Assembly: GCA_965202615.1 (NCBI GenBank)
Contig: OZ241837.1
Location: 59,656-123,655 of the forward strand
Direction of reading: 5' to 3'
DNA from: Arenicellales bacterium
GTDB taxonomy: Bacteria > Pseudomonadota > Gammaproteobacteria > Arenicellales > JAJDZL01
DNA: 64,000 nt
Shown here: one piece after another, positions 10,163 through 20,780 of the stretch
Layout of the letters: every line of letters starts with the position of its first letter
How positions within the stretch are numbered: the first letter of the stretch is position 1
Made by a program: the position numbers and the translations under genes
Notes under the pieces: model-generated
Seen by the model: only the letters and a program-made list of their open reading frames with translations
What the model was told of the DNA's origin: nothing
Database searches by the model: none

Positions 10163-13100
10163 GTGACAGCGACCCTGCGGGGGGGGGAACGGGCAAGTTA
10201 GCTCCCTCGACATCGACAGGCTCGCGACGGCCTGACGCCCGCACCGGGCGCTTCCGCCGCCTCTCCCTACTCCTCCCCGTCCTCGCGCTGCTGCTCGGCG
10301 CACTCGGCCTGTTCGCCCCGCCGCCCGCGCATGCCCAAGCACCCGAAAACCCCACGAACTTCCAGGTTCAGATCACCGCTGTAGGGTCATACACGGCAAC
10401 GTGGACCCGCTCGGCCAGCGCCGACTCCTATAGAATCGATGTGCAAAGTTCTTGTAGTGGCAGCTTCCAAACCAGGACGGTGAATGGCGGCACTACCGAA
10501 ACCGCCTCCGGGTCGGGGTTCGGCGGCGCTACTTTTTGTTTCAGGGTTCGGGCGTGCGCGGGCAGTTCATGCAGTGCCGGCACCCAGTGGCTGAATGTCA
10601 ACACGGGCCAAGTGGGCACGTACCCGAACACCGCCGCCAACGCCAACCTGTCCGCCCTGTCGGCGTCGACCCACACGAGTTCGACGGGCACGTTCACGTC
10701 GCTGACGCTCACGCCCTCGACCTTCTCGGCAACCACCACGTCGTACACGGCGTCGGTGGGGAACGCGAGGACGCACCTGAAGATCACCCCGACGGTGGCG
10801 GCCACCGGCGCCACGGTGAAGGTGGGCAAGCAGGGGACCACGCTGGCCACGGTCACCAGCGGCTCGGCGAGCGCCGCCATCGAGCTCTCGGTGGGCGCGA
10901 ACGCCATCACGGTCGAGGTCACCGCCGCGGACACCACCACGAAGAAGACCTACACCGTGACGGTGACGCGGGCTCCCGCCACCGTCTGGTCGGCGACGTT
11001 GAACGTGCAGAACATACCTGGAATTGGGCTGGGTTGTCACAGCAGTGCAACTTCACCAGCACTTCGGTGCACTGATGCTTCTGTACTCTCGGATGACGAT
11101 TTCAGCATAGGTGAACACGATTACCCGATTCATGTGATACGACTTCTTAGCGACGGCACGCTACGGCTGAGATTTGCCTCGAATATTCAAGCTGCCCCGC
11201 TGGCAGGATATAAATTCTGTGTCGGCTCGACTGCGTTTGACATACCGAACAACGCAGGCCAAACCTTGATCTGGTCCAACTCCGGACTCTCCTGGACAGC
11301 CAATACCGAGAAGCAACTCAGCATCGGCACGTCCTGCACTACGCAGACCATGACACCGACGCAGTCCACCGACGCGACCCTGTCCGCCCTGTCGGCGTCG
11401 AGCAGCACGAGCGCCTCGGGCTCGTTCACTTCGCTGAGCATCGGCACCTTCGCCGCGGGCACCACGACCTACACGGTGTCGGTGGCCAATTCCAGAACCC
11501 ACGTGAAGCTCACCCCGACGGTCAACGAATCCAACGCCACGGTGAAGGTGGGCAAGGGGTCGAGCCTCACCACGGTCGCGAGCGGCTCGGCGAGCGGCGC
11601 CATCGCACTCGCGGTGGGCGCGAACGCCCTCAAGGTCGAGGTCACCGCCCAGGACGGCTCCACAACGCAAACCTACACCGTGACGGTAACGCGCGCGCAG
11701 GCGCAGTCCACCGACGCGACCCTGTCCGCCCTGTCGGCGTCGAGCAGCACGAGCGCCTCGGGCTCGTTCACTTCGCTGAACATCGGCACCTTCGCCTCAG
11801 GCACCACGTCCTACTCGGTCTCGGTGGCCAATTCCATCACCCACGTGAAGCTCACCCCGACGGTCAACGAATCCAACGCCACGGTGAAGGTGGGCAAGGG
11901 GTCGAGCCTGACCTCAGTCACCAGCGGCTCGGCGAGCGGCGCCATCGCACTCGCGGTGGGCGCGAACGCCCTCAAGGTCGAGGTCACCGCCCAGGACGGC
12001 AGCACCACGCAGACCTACACCGTGACGGTGACGCGCGCGCAGGCGCAGTCCACCGATGCGACCCTGTCCGCCCTGTCGGCGTCTAGCAGCACGAGCGCCT
12101 CGGGCTCGTTCACTGCGCTGAGCATCGGCACGTTCGCCTCGGGCACCACGACCTACACGGTGTCGGTGGCCAATTCCAGAACCCACGTGAAGCTCACCCC
12201 GACGGTCAACGAATCCAACGCCACGGTGAAAGTGGGCAAGGGGTCGAGCCTGACCACGGTCAACAGCGGCACAGCGAGCGGCGCCATCGCACTCACGGTG
12301 GGCTCGAACGCCATCACGGTCGAGGTCACCGCCCAGGACGGCACCACGACGCAGACCTACACCGTGACGGTGACGCGCCTCGCGCCGCCGACGCAGTCCA
12401 ACGACGCGGCCCTGTCCGGACTGACGGCGACAAGCAGCACGAGCGCCTCGGGCTCGTTCACGACACTGAACATCGGCACCTTCGCCGCGGGCACCACGTC
12501 CTACTCCGCCTCGGTGACCAATTCCGTCACCCACGTGAAACTGACCCCGACGGTGAACAGCTCCAACGCAACAGTGAAGGTGGGCAAGGGGTCGAGCCTG
12601 ACCGCGGTCACCAGCGGTCAGCCGAGCGCCGCCATCGCACTCTCGGTGGGCGCGAACGCCCTCAAGGTCGAGGTCACCGCCCAGGACGGCACCACAACAC
12701 AGACCTACACCGTGACGGTGACACGCGCGCAGGCGCAACAGACGCAGTCCACCGACGCGACCCTGTCCGGACTGATGGCGACAAGCAGCACGAGTTCCGG
12801 GGGCTCGTTCACGACGCTGAACATCGGCACCTTCGCCGCGGGTACCACGTCCTACTCCGCCTCGGTGACCAATTCCGTCACCCGCGTGAAACTGACCCCG
12901 ACGGTGAACCACTCCAACGCAACAGTGAAGGTGGGCAAGGGATCGAGCCTGACCACGGTCACCAGCGGTCAGCCGAGCGTCGCCATCGCGCTCACGGTGG
13001 GCGCGAACGCCCTCAAGGTCGAGGTCACCGCCCAGGACGGCACCACAACACAGACCTACACCGTGACGGTGACACGCGCGTCGCAGCAGACGCAGTCCAC

Positions 13101-14838
13101 CGACGCGACCCTGTCCGCCCTGACGGCGACAAGCAGCACGAGTGCCTCGGGCTCATTCACGACGCTGAACATCGGCGCATTCGCCGCGGGCACCACGTCC
13201 TACTCGGCCTCGGTGGGCAATTCCGTCACCCACGTGAAGCTGACCCCGACAGTGAACCACTCCAACGCCACGGTGAAAGTGGGCAGGCAAGGGACCACGC
13301 TGGCCACGGTCCCCAGCGGCACGGCGAGTTCGGCGATCGCGCTCAGCGTGGGGTCGAACACGCTCGTGGTACGGGTGACGGCCGAGGACACAACCACGAC
13401 CAGGAACTACACGGTCACCGTCGCGCGGCAGACGACGGCGACCGAAGCGGAATCGGCGGCGCTGAACCTGTCGCTGGACGGTCTCTCGCGCACGCTGCTG
13501 AGCCGCGCTGTCGGTGTCATCGGCGAGCGCATCGCGGCCTCGGATGAACCGGCGCCGGCAATGCCGGAGTCCGCCGACGCTGACGCCTGGATGTCGGCGA
13601 CCGGCTTGCGGTTAAGCCCGGCCGCCACCTCGCCGAAGACGGATTCGTGGCGGGACCCGCATGCGCAGAACCCGGACTGGATAACGGGCGACCTCAGCTG
13701 GAAGCGCTCTTTTGCGTTCTCGCTGGATGCGCCGAACGGCAGTCGGTCGCAGACGGACGATTCGCAATGGAGGGTGTGGGGCACCGGCGACCTGCAGAAG
13801 TTCAGGCGCAAGCAGACATCGACCACCAGCCAGGGTGGCTGGAACACCGTCTATCTGGGGCTTGAGCGGCGCGTTGCCGGACACTGGCTGGGCGGACTGG
13901 CGCTTGCCTCCGGTCGCGGCAAGGCCGATTACAGCTACAGTGAGGGGGCGGCTGAAGGTCGTCTCGAGTTGCGTCTCAAAGCGGCTTATCCGTATTTCAG
14001 AACCGTCACTGCAGAAGGTTTCGAGATCTGGGCGATGGCCGGTGCCGGCCAAGGCCGCGCGACCAACTCAATCAACGCTCAGGAGCCGCACCGCGGAAGA
14101 TTGCACATGCGCATGGCGGCGGCGGGATTGCGCGTGAAGATGGCGGATTGGCCCTCGGTGCAGCTGTCGGCGCTGGCCGATGCGAGTGCCGAGACACTCA
14201 TCATCCGCGGCGAGCAGTCGCTGGCGAACCTGAAGTCGTCAGTGCGGCGGGTGCGGGCCGGACTGGAGCTGTCCGGCCATCAGGGCCAGTGGTCACCCTA
14301 TATGCGGCTGAACGTACGCCATGAGGGCGGCGGCTTGTCGGCTGCCGGACTGGAGAGCGAGGCCGGCGCACGCTATTCACACGGACGCCTGGGCATGGAT
14401 GTGCGCATGCGGTGGATGAGACTCAAGGGCAGCGGGAAATATCGGGAATCGGGCGCCGCTGCAACGCTGCGGATCAGTCCGGCGGCGGACGGCACCGGCC
14501 TGAGCCTGACGCTGACACCAAGCCGGGGGCGCCCGGACGGGACCGACCTGGTGTGGGGCGCGAGTCCCCTGCCTTCGGAAACGCCTGCCGGAGCCGGCAA
14601 CGGGCTGGCGATGACGGTCCAGGTCGGCTACGGCATCCGGCCCTTGCAGCTGCCGGGGCTGGTAACGCCGACACTCGGGTATGCGCGCGGCGCACAGGGT
14701 GACGAACGGCTGCGGGTCGGCGCGGATTACGCGACCGAACTGCCGTATGATCTCAGGCTCGGATTCGGACTGGAACGGCGCAAAACTCTCGGCAATACCG
14801 ACCGGAACATCCGCCTGGATGCGCAAATGCGCTGGTGA
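10163..14838 (+). CDS. Large surface adhesin/autotransporter-like protein: signal peptide, FN3-like domain, 7 cadherin-like beta-sandwich repeats, C-terminal beta-barrel; start out of frame at a G9 tract
   Basis: Frame is open from 10162 (upstream of the ORF-track start at 10441) and encodes RFRRLSLLLPVLALLLGALGLFAPPPAHA|QAPENPTNF..WTR..SYRI. Repeats read STDATLSAL...VTAQDG-TTQTYTVTVTR. C-terminus ends in aromatic W (MRW). GC is much higher than the flanks. Confidence 0.8.
10179..10187 (+). repeat. G9 homopolymer, candidate slipped-strand phase-variation switch
   Basis: GTG 10163 (and ATG 10076) lie in a frame that stops at TAG 10199; one extra G joins them to the signal-peptide frame. Confidence 0.6.
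11362..13430 (+). repeat. Six tandem 342-351 bp coding repeats (cadherin-like domains); a seventh, more diverged copy at about 10636-10970
   Basis: Units begin CAGTCCA(C/A)CGA at 11362, 11704, 12046, 12394, 12745 and 13093. Confidence 0.95.
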
Positions 14839-14933
14839 GCCCAAAGCCTGTCTCATTCGCGGTTGCAACTCCCCACTTTTAACGGTTGAAAATCCCCTCC
14901 TGCCGTCAGGGCGAAAGCGCTGAACCTGAAAAC

Positions 14934-14970
14934 GAAAAGCGCTCAGAAACTTAAACTTTGAGCGCTTTTC
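14934..14970 (+). terminator. Hairpin downstream of the adhesin gene, possible intrinsic terminator
   Basis: GAAAAGCGCTCA-N13-TGAGCGCTTTTC perfect 12-bp stem. Confidence 0.5.
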
Positions 14971-15195
14971 TATGACACTGAAGCACTGACTCGATGTGGT
15001 GGTTTCACAGACTTGAATCATTATTGCCCCGAGAAAATTGCTGAAATTCGGTTTGCAACTAATTTTCGACTTGATTCCTGAAGACTCCCGCATCACTGCC
15101 CCAATGCCCAACGTTCGGAACAACTGGAAATTGCCCAAACTGATGGACAGGCAAGCGAATTTCGGATCAGACTGCGTATATTGCAAATCGAAAAT

Positions 15196-15451
15196 CGGAG
15201 TCTGTGTTATGACTTCCGGCGATTGAAGTCCTTGGAGGCATCCTCGGTAGCGGCATGGGGACAATTGTGCCCTTATGGGCGGGATTAGGGGCTGAAAGCC
15301 GTAAAACTGTCAAAATCAGCCGATTGTTGCCAAAAAATTGTCACAGAATGGTGAAAAATCCGAAAGCTTTGCCGAAAGCCAGACAAGATTCTCGGCAATC
15401 AGGCAACTGGCACCTGATTCACATTAATTTTCGGGGGAAATAGAGACTCCC
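15196..15451 (+). mobile_element. Isolated IS5-family right-end fragment
   Basis: Inverted homolog of 8991-9244, including the last transposase codons (..RRLKSLEASSVAA). Confidence 0.8.
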
Positions 15452-15814
15452 TTTAATCGAACAGCCCCGTCGATATCCGCATCGGACGAATTTTTCGGGC
15501 TGAATCTCAACTGCCAAGGTCAAAATACATGGCAAATTGAGGGGCTCGCATTTGGGCTATACTAATAGCAGAAGTCGGTGCCTCGCCTTCCGGGGCAGCA
15601 GGTATGATGAGTGGTTAAGTGGTTGACAATACCGTACGCTTTCTCAGCAAAAAACTGGCACGCGCTTGTCGAACTCGATAGTTTGTCCGAACGGGCTGCT
15701 CACCATGCGATGTAATTCCGCCGGGGCGGCAATTCTTTCAGCAACACCTGTATTGGTCGCAAGCATTCTGATCCTGTTGTTCTCACCGTTCGTTTACAAC
15801 ACGCTCAACTAAGC

Positions 15815-18220
15815 ATGGCAACAACAGCCGCAGTTTCCAAGAAACCGGTCCTTGAATCGTCACTCTGGAATGCGATTCCGCATTTCCTGCCGATTACCGT
15901 TTTCCCCCTGATTTTCGCCGCTGCAATTTACGGAGGCTGGTGGCTCCTGTTGCCCTTTGTTTTTTTCGGGATAGTCGGCCCGCTGGATCTTGCCTTCGGC
16001 AATGAAACGCGAAACATGGACCCAAAGACCACGTCCAAAGAACGCTTGATCTGGTACAGCATACCAGTGTGGCTATGGGCATTGCTCTGGCCGGTGACGT
16101 TCGTGTTCACGCTGTGGCAAATATTCATGGGCGGTCATCTGGTCTGGTGGGAGTCCGCATTGCTCGCGTTCATTCTGGCGGTTGAAGGTCAGGCGATATT
16201 CATCGTCGGACACGAACTGATTCACCGCCGAGCGCCATGGGAGCGATATATTGGCGAATTCCTGCTCGCTTCAGGTTCCTATCCGCACTACGCGACAGAA
16301 CACTTTTATATCCATCACGCGTATGCCGGCACGCCGATGGATGTTGGTTCCGCACCGAAGGGACTGACATTCTGGCGCTATTTTCCGCGCGAACTGGTGA
16401 ACAATCTGCGCCATTCATGGATTCTGGTTCGCAAGCGACTGGCAAGGCGTAAACTGCCAATCTGGCACTATAGCAATCCATTTTGGCGCTACAGCACTGA
16501 AATGGCTGCATGCTACCTTTTTGTCTTTTTTATGGGTGGGTGGTGGTCTGTTCTGATTTACATAATTTTGTGTCTCGGGATCGTCATGTCGATGAAGATC
16601 AGCAATTACATCCAACACTACGGCTTGCGCAGGATTCGTCTGCCGCATGGTCGATTCGAAACAGTCAAGCCACATCATGCGTGGACCGCCAGCCAGCGCT
16701 TCAGTGGCTGGATGTTTTTCAATATGCAGCGTCACGCGGATCACCACATGACGGCCAGTCGCATTTATCCCCTGCTGCAGTACTATGACGAAACTGAATC
16801 ACCGCAGCTGCCCGGAAGCTACGGCAAGATGTTTAACCTGGCGGTGCGGCCCAAACGCTGGTTCGAAACGATGGACCCGTTGGTTGACCAGTGGCGAGCC
16901 CGCTTTTACCCGGAAATCGAGGACTGGAGCGCCTACGATAGCGAGATTTCAGAAACGTATCCGGAAGCATTCGATACGATCGTCGAGATTTTTGAATCTT
17001 CACCCCGTATGGCTAAAGCAATAGAAAAACAACCGTATTTGCTTGAGAGCCTGCAAAGCCAGGAATACACAGATCTCGAAGTCCCTAAAGGATACAGTCA
17101 GGATTCTGAAATGGAGAGAATTGCCCAGAGCGGGCTTGTACGCGTCTACTGGACTTACGAATTCGCAGTTGCCGAAATGAAACAGCAACTCAATGAGGTT
17201 CCTGCACAAGATTCTGCAGATGCCGCAGAAATCATACGTTTCTGGATGAACGACAAGGTGTTTCAAATCGGCATGCACACCATACGCGGCTACCTGTCAC
17301 CGCTCGAAGCACAGGTTGCGTTCTCGAATGTTGCAGAAGCCTCTGTCGCCTCCATCCTCAGTGCGGTCGTGGAAGACAGTGTCGATCGTTTCTATCAATC
17401 CGATGAAGGCGCAATCGCAGCGATTGCACTCGGTGACCTGGCCACCAAAGAGGTGGTTCCCGGTACACAGGTCGAAATCGTTTACCTTTGTGAAAACGCT
17501 CTTGAAGACAGCCATAGAGACTTGTGCAATCGTTTTCACGAGGCCATCAGGATTTTGACGCAGGACAATCTGCTGTTTACTCCGCTTTCAGACGACCGAC
17601 AGGAACCTCAAATTTTTGCTTTTGATGAATTCGTGTCGCAAAACCGTGCCACGCGCTCGACTCGTGAACTGCTGGACCTGGCCCGCGCGCGGTGTATCTT
17701 CACAAGAAATGGTTCCGAGTTCGAACAGAGATTTGATGAGGCGCGCCGCGATATCCTGCTGAAAGGGTTGACTTACGATTCGCTTGTTGCAGAATTGAGT
17801 GCAACGACTGCAACCGCTGGCGAATCTGATCTTTCTGTCGGTCTCACTGCGGAACGGAAATTGGAACAAATCGAGCGCGGCGCAAGGTACCTGCAATTGA
17901 AGCACATCTCCAGCATGCCCGAAGATCTGGATTCCTGCAATGCCATGGCGGTTATTAAAGCAGTAAAATCAAAAGACCTGATCCCGGATGCAGTCGCGGA
18001 GCAACTGATTGAGGCAACTCAACTGTGGCAGAATCTAAGGGGTATCAACAGAGTGGTTCTGGACGAAGGCACTGATGTAGAAAACGCGACCGGCAGTGTC
18101 AAAAGGACGGTCGCAAAAGCCTGCAAGTCGACCGATTTCGCCACTCTGAACGAGACAGTTGAAAAAACAATCGTCACCACCGAAAGCGCATTGGCGGCAG
18201 TATTTGGACCGTCCGCTTGA
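15815..18220 (+). CDS. AlkB-type membrane diiron monooxygenase/desaturase fused to a degenerate GlnE-like nucleotidyltransferase domain
   Basis: TM helices plus His boxes HELIH, EHFYIHH, NYIQHYG, QRHADHH. C-terminal half has FQIGMH..G..SP.EA..AFSNVAEA and ALGDLATKEVVPGTQVEIVYL, matching the GlnE GKLGxxE..xSDLD region but without the aspartates. Confidence 0.75.
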   Translation: MATTAAVSKKPVLESSLWNAIPHFLPITVFPLIFAAAIYGGWWLLLPFVFFGIVGPLDLAFGNETRNMDPKTTSKERLIWYSIPVWLWALLWPVTFVFTLWQIFMGGHLVWWESALLAFILAVEGQAIFIVGHELIHRRAPWERYIGEFLLASGSYPHYATEHFYIHHAYAGTPMDVGSAPKGLTFWRYFPRELVNNLRHSWILVRKRLARRKLPIWHYSNPFWRYSTEMAACYLFVFFMGGWWSVLIYIILCLGIVMSMKISNYIQHYGLRRIRLPHGRFETVKPHHAWTASQRFSGWMFFNMQRHADHHMTASRIYPLLQYYDETESPQLPGSYGKMFNLAVRPKRWFETMDPLVDQWRARFYPEIEDWSAYDSEISETYPEAFDTIVEIFESSPRMAKAIEKQPYLLESLQSQEYTDLEVPKGYSQDSEMERIAQSGLVRVYWTYEFAVAEMKQQLNEVPAQDSADAAEIIRFWMNDKVFQIGMHTIRGYLSPLEAQVAFSNVAEASVASILSAVVEDSVDRFYQSDEGAIAAIALGDLATKEVVPGTQVEIVYLCENALEDSHRDLCNRFHEAIRILTQDNLLFTPLSDDRQEPQIFAFDEFVSQNRATRSTRELLDLARARCIFTRNGSEFEQRFDEARRDILLKGLTYDSLVAELSATTATAGESDLSVGLTAERKLEQIERGARYLQLKHISSMPEDLDSCNAMAVIKAVKSKDLIPDAVAEQLIEATQLWQNLRGINRVVLDEGTDVENATGSVKRTVAKACKSTDFATLNETVEKTIVTTESALAAVFGPSA

Positions 18221-18329
18221 ACAGGCGATCAAGCATATTTTTGCTGCAATCTTCGTGACATTGGCCCGGTTCAACGCAACCGCGGGAATCACTACCGTAC
18301 AACGATTTTCACCAACGCCTGATTGAACA

Positions 18330-20633
18330 ATGAGTCCACGCGAACGCCTGGAATCGATTGCCGCTAAAAATGGCGAGATAAAACAACCGATACTGACACC
18401 GCATCTTGAATTTCGTCCGATCGGTGACGGACAGGTGCTCCTGGTCTCCGAGACGTTCAATACCCTTTTGCACGGGCAGGTTTACCCGGATCTCCTGGCA
18501 CTGCTTGTCGGTGGGCGTTCGACAAATGAAATCGTCGAATCGCTATCGACAGCACATGCAAAGACGGAAATAAAAGCAGCATTGACCTCAATGGCCGCCA
18601 AGGGATACATCGTTTCCGGCGAATACGAGATGGATCAAGGCAACGCGGCATTTTGGTCTTCACTCGGTGTCCCTCCATGCCAGGTCGAGGAAAAATTGTG
18701 CTCTGCAGCGGTGGCAGTTCACGGTGATGACGATAACCGGCTCAAAGCGAGTCTGGAAACCAAGGGGATCAGTGTCAGTTCGAAACAGGCAGCCCTTTCG
18801 ATTTACTTCTCAAACAACTATCTCGACAGTCGGCATCATGCAGTCAATCGGCAACATATCGATTCAGGTACCCCTTGGCTATTGATTCAGCCGCAAGGCA
18901 TGCATCCATTGTTTGGCCCTGTCTTTGAACCGGCTGATGAAGGGCCTTGTTGGGCGTGCCTCGCGTACCGTATCGGCAATAACAACGAGGTCCATTCCTT
19001 TGTCCGAAATTTTTGCGGTGAAGCAGCTGCTTTCCGACCCATTGCGGCCGACCCCGCTGCGCTGGATGTAATCTACGGGATCATTTCAATCGAGATCGCC
19101 AAATGGCTGGTGCTGGGTGATGCAGCTGCGCTTGGTCACCAAGCATTCTCGCTTGATGTGGCAGATATGAAAAGCCGACACCACCCCGTCATGCGTCGGC
19201 CGCAGTGCGAAGTCTGCGGCGACGAGGCGCTTAGAAACAAAAATCGCCCGGCGCTTCCGATACGCTTGCAGGCGAGCCCGAATAATCTAAGCAACAGTGG
19301 CGGCTCTCGTGCAATTCCGCCCGCTCAAACGCACGAGCGATATCGGCATCTGATCAGCCCGGTCAGCGGAATTGTTTCCTGGGTCACGCGCACGAGCCCT
19401 GAAGCTGATCCGTGGTTGCATGTTCACTGGGCCGGCAGCAACCTGGCGCTCAGAATCAGGAGCCTCAGTTCGCTGCGGCGCAGTTTACGGAGCAAATCCG
19501 CAGGCAAAGGCAACACCGCGGAACAGTCCGAGGTCAGCGCGCTGTGCGAGGCAATCGAACGTTATTCCGGTGCTTTCCACGGCGACGAGATACGCAGCCG
19601 GAAACGATATTCCGAGTTTTCAATGGACGGGGACGGGCAGGCGATTCACCCAAACGATGTTCAGCTGTTCAGCGACTGGCAATTCGCGCATGCCGATCAA
19701 ATCAATGCTCGCGGCCACCCGTATAACCTCGTTCCACCGCGATTCGATCCGGACCGAGAAATCGAATGGTCCCCGATATGGTCATTCACAGAGAATAGAC
19801 ATCGCTATTTGCCGACCGCGATGCTTTATGGCATGACACCGGAGCAGCGCGGCAACGCGGGACTTTGGGCAGACTCCAACGGCTGTGCCGCGGGGAATAC
19901 ACTTGAAGAGGCGATATTACAGGGATTTTTCGAGCTGGTCGAACGCGATGCGTTCGCGCTTTGGTGGTACAACCGGATTTCTCGACCCGAAGTTCACCTG
20001 GAAAGCTTTGGCGACGAGTACCTGGCTTGTGCACAGGACTACTACCGCAAGTATGATCGAGACCTGTGGGTGTTGGACATTACCAGCGACCTCGGCATAC
20101 CGACATTCGTCGCGTTGTCCCATCGAACCGACGGTGATGCTCAAGACATCATTTACGGTGCAGGCGCACACACTGACCCGAAAATCGCTGTGTTGCGCGC
20201 CGTGTGTGAAATGAACCAGTGCCTGACGTGGGTGCCTCACCCTGGCAAAGAATCTTCAGGATATGGAGTCGACGATCCAATGTGCCTATGGTGGTGGAAG
20301 AATGGAAAACTCGAGGATCACCCTTTTCTCACCCCATCCCGTGTAATCGAGCCACTCAAATTTTCAGACTATGCGGTCCCAAGTACTGACGATTTGTACG
20401 ACGAAGTGAAACGGTGTCAGGAGTTGGTCGAAAACAAGGGCATGCATTTGTTGGTTCTTGACCAGACGCGCCCCGATATCGGAATGCCTGTCGTACGCGT
20501 GATCGTGCCTGGACTGCGGCATTTTTGGCCTCGATTCGCACCGGGACGCCTGTTTGATGTGCCGGTTGAAATGGGCTGGCGGCAAACCGCAATCGAGGAG
20601 CAAGACCTGAACCCCGTCCCCGTGATTGCCTAG
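18330..20633 (+). CDS. srpC: Fused RRE/E1-YcaO cyclodehydratase (TOMM C-D fusion), SrpC-like
   Basis: GPCWACL and RRPQCEVCG in the E1-like part; SALCEAIERYS, SNGCAAGNTLEEAILQGFFELVERDA, RAVCEMNQ; Pro-rich C-terminus LNPVPVIA typical of azoline-forming YcaOs. Confidence 0.92.
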   Translation: MSPRERLESIAAKNGEIKQPILTPHLEFRPIGDGQVLLVSETFNTLLHGQVYPDLLALLVGGRSTNEIVESLSTAHAKTEIKAALTSMAAKGYIVSGEYEMDQGNAAFWSSLGVPPCQVEEKLCSAAVAVHGDDDNRLKASLETKGISVSSKQAALSIYFSNNYLDSRHHAVNRQHIDSGTPWLLIQPQGMHPLFGPVFEPADEGPCWACLAYRIGNNNEVHSFVRNFCGEAAAFRPIAADPAALDVIYGIISIEIAKWLVLGDAAALGHQAFSLDVADMKSRHHPVMRRPQCEVCGDEALRNKNRPALPIRLQASPNNLSNSGGSRAIPPAQTHERYRHLISPVSGIVSWVTRTSPEADPWLHVHWAGSNLALRIRSLSSLRRSLRSKSAGKGNTAEQSEVSALCEAIERYSGAFHGDEIRSRKRYSEFSMDGDGQAIHPNDVQLFSDWQFAHADQINARGHPYNLVPPRFDPDREIEWSPIWSFTENRHRYLPTAMLYGMTPEQRGNAGLWADSNGCAAGNTLEEAILQGFFELVERDAFALWWYNRISRPEVHLESFGDEYLACAQDYYRKYDRDLWVLDITSDLGIPTFVALSHRTDGDAQDIIYGAGAHTDPKIAVLRAVCEMNQCLTWVPHPGKESSGYGVDDPMCLWWWKNGKLEDHPFLTPSRVIEPLKFSDYAVPSTDDLYDEVKRCQELVENKGMHLLVLDQTRPDIGMPVVRVIVPGLRHFWPRFAPGRLFDVPVEMGWRQTAIEEQDLNPVPVIA

Positions 20634-20780
20634 GTATTCGTAGATGATGTGACGGGCGCCAGCTAGCTCCTGGTCTGATCATTGGCTTCCGGAACATCGG
20701 CTTGCATTGAATCAGAAAAAGGCATACCGGGGAATCAAGGTAAAATCTGTAATCAAAATAGTCATTGTGAATCGATTTCA

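Larger units (their letters stand above)
8991..15451. mobile_element. Composite-transposon-like unit bounded by inverted IS5-family right ends, carrying the adhesin gene
   Basis: 8991-9244 is an imperfect inverted copy of 15196-15451; the termini align without gaps (GGAAACCTCTATTTTCCCCGAAAATT vs GGGAGTCTCTATTTCCCCCGAAAATT); TTTA lies immediately outside both ends. Confidence 0.65.

Noticed and set aside
10441..13430. Diversity-generating retroelement acting on the adhesin repeats
   Set aside because: No reverse transcriptase in the window, and the repeat differences are not adenine-specific.
15147..15161. 15-nt inverted match to the rpn downstream repeat (AATTCGCTTGCCTGT)
   Set aside because: A match of this length is expected by chance in 64 kb and does not extend.
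15655..15670. TGGCACGCGCTTGT as a sigma54 promoter for the RiPP operon
   Set aside because: Does not meet the GG-N10-GC spacing.
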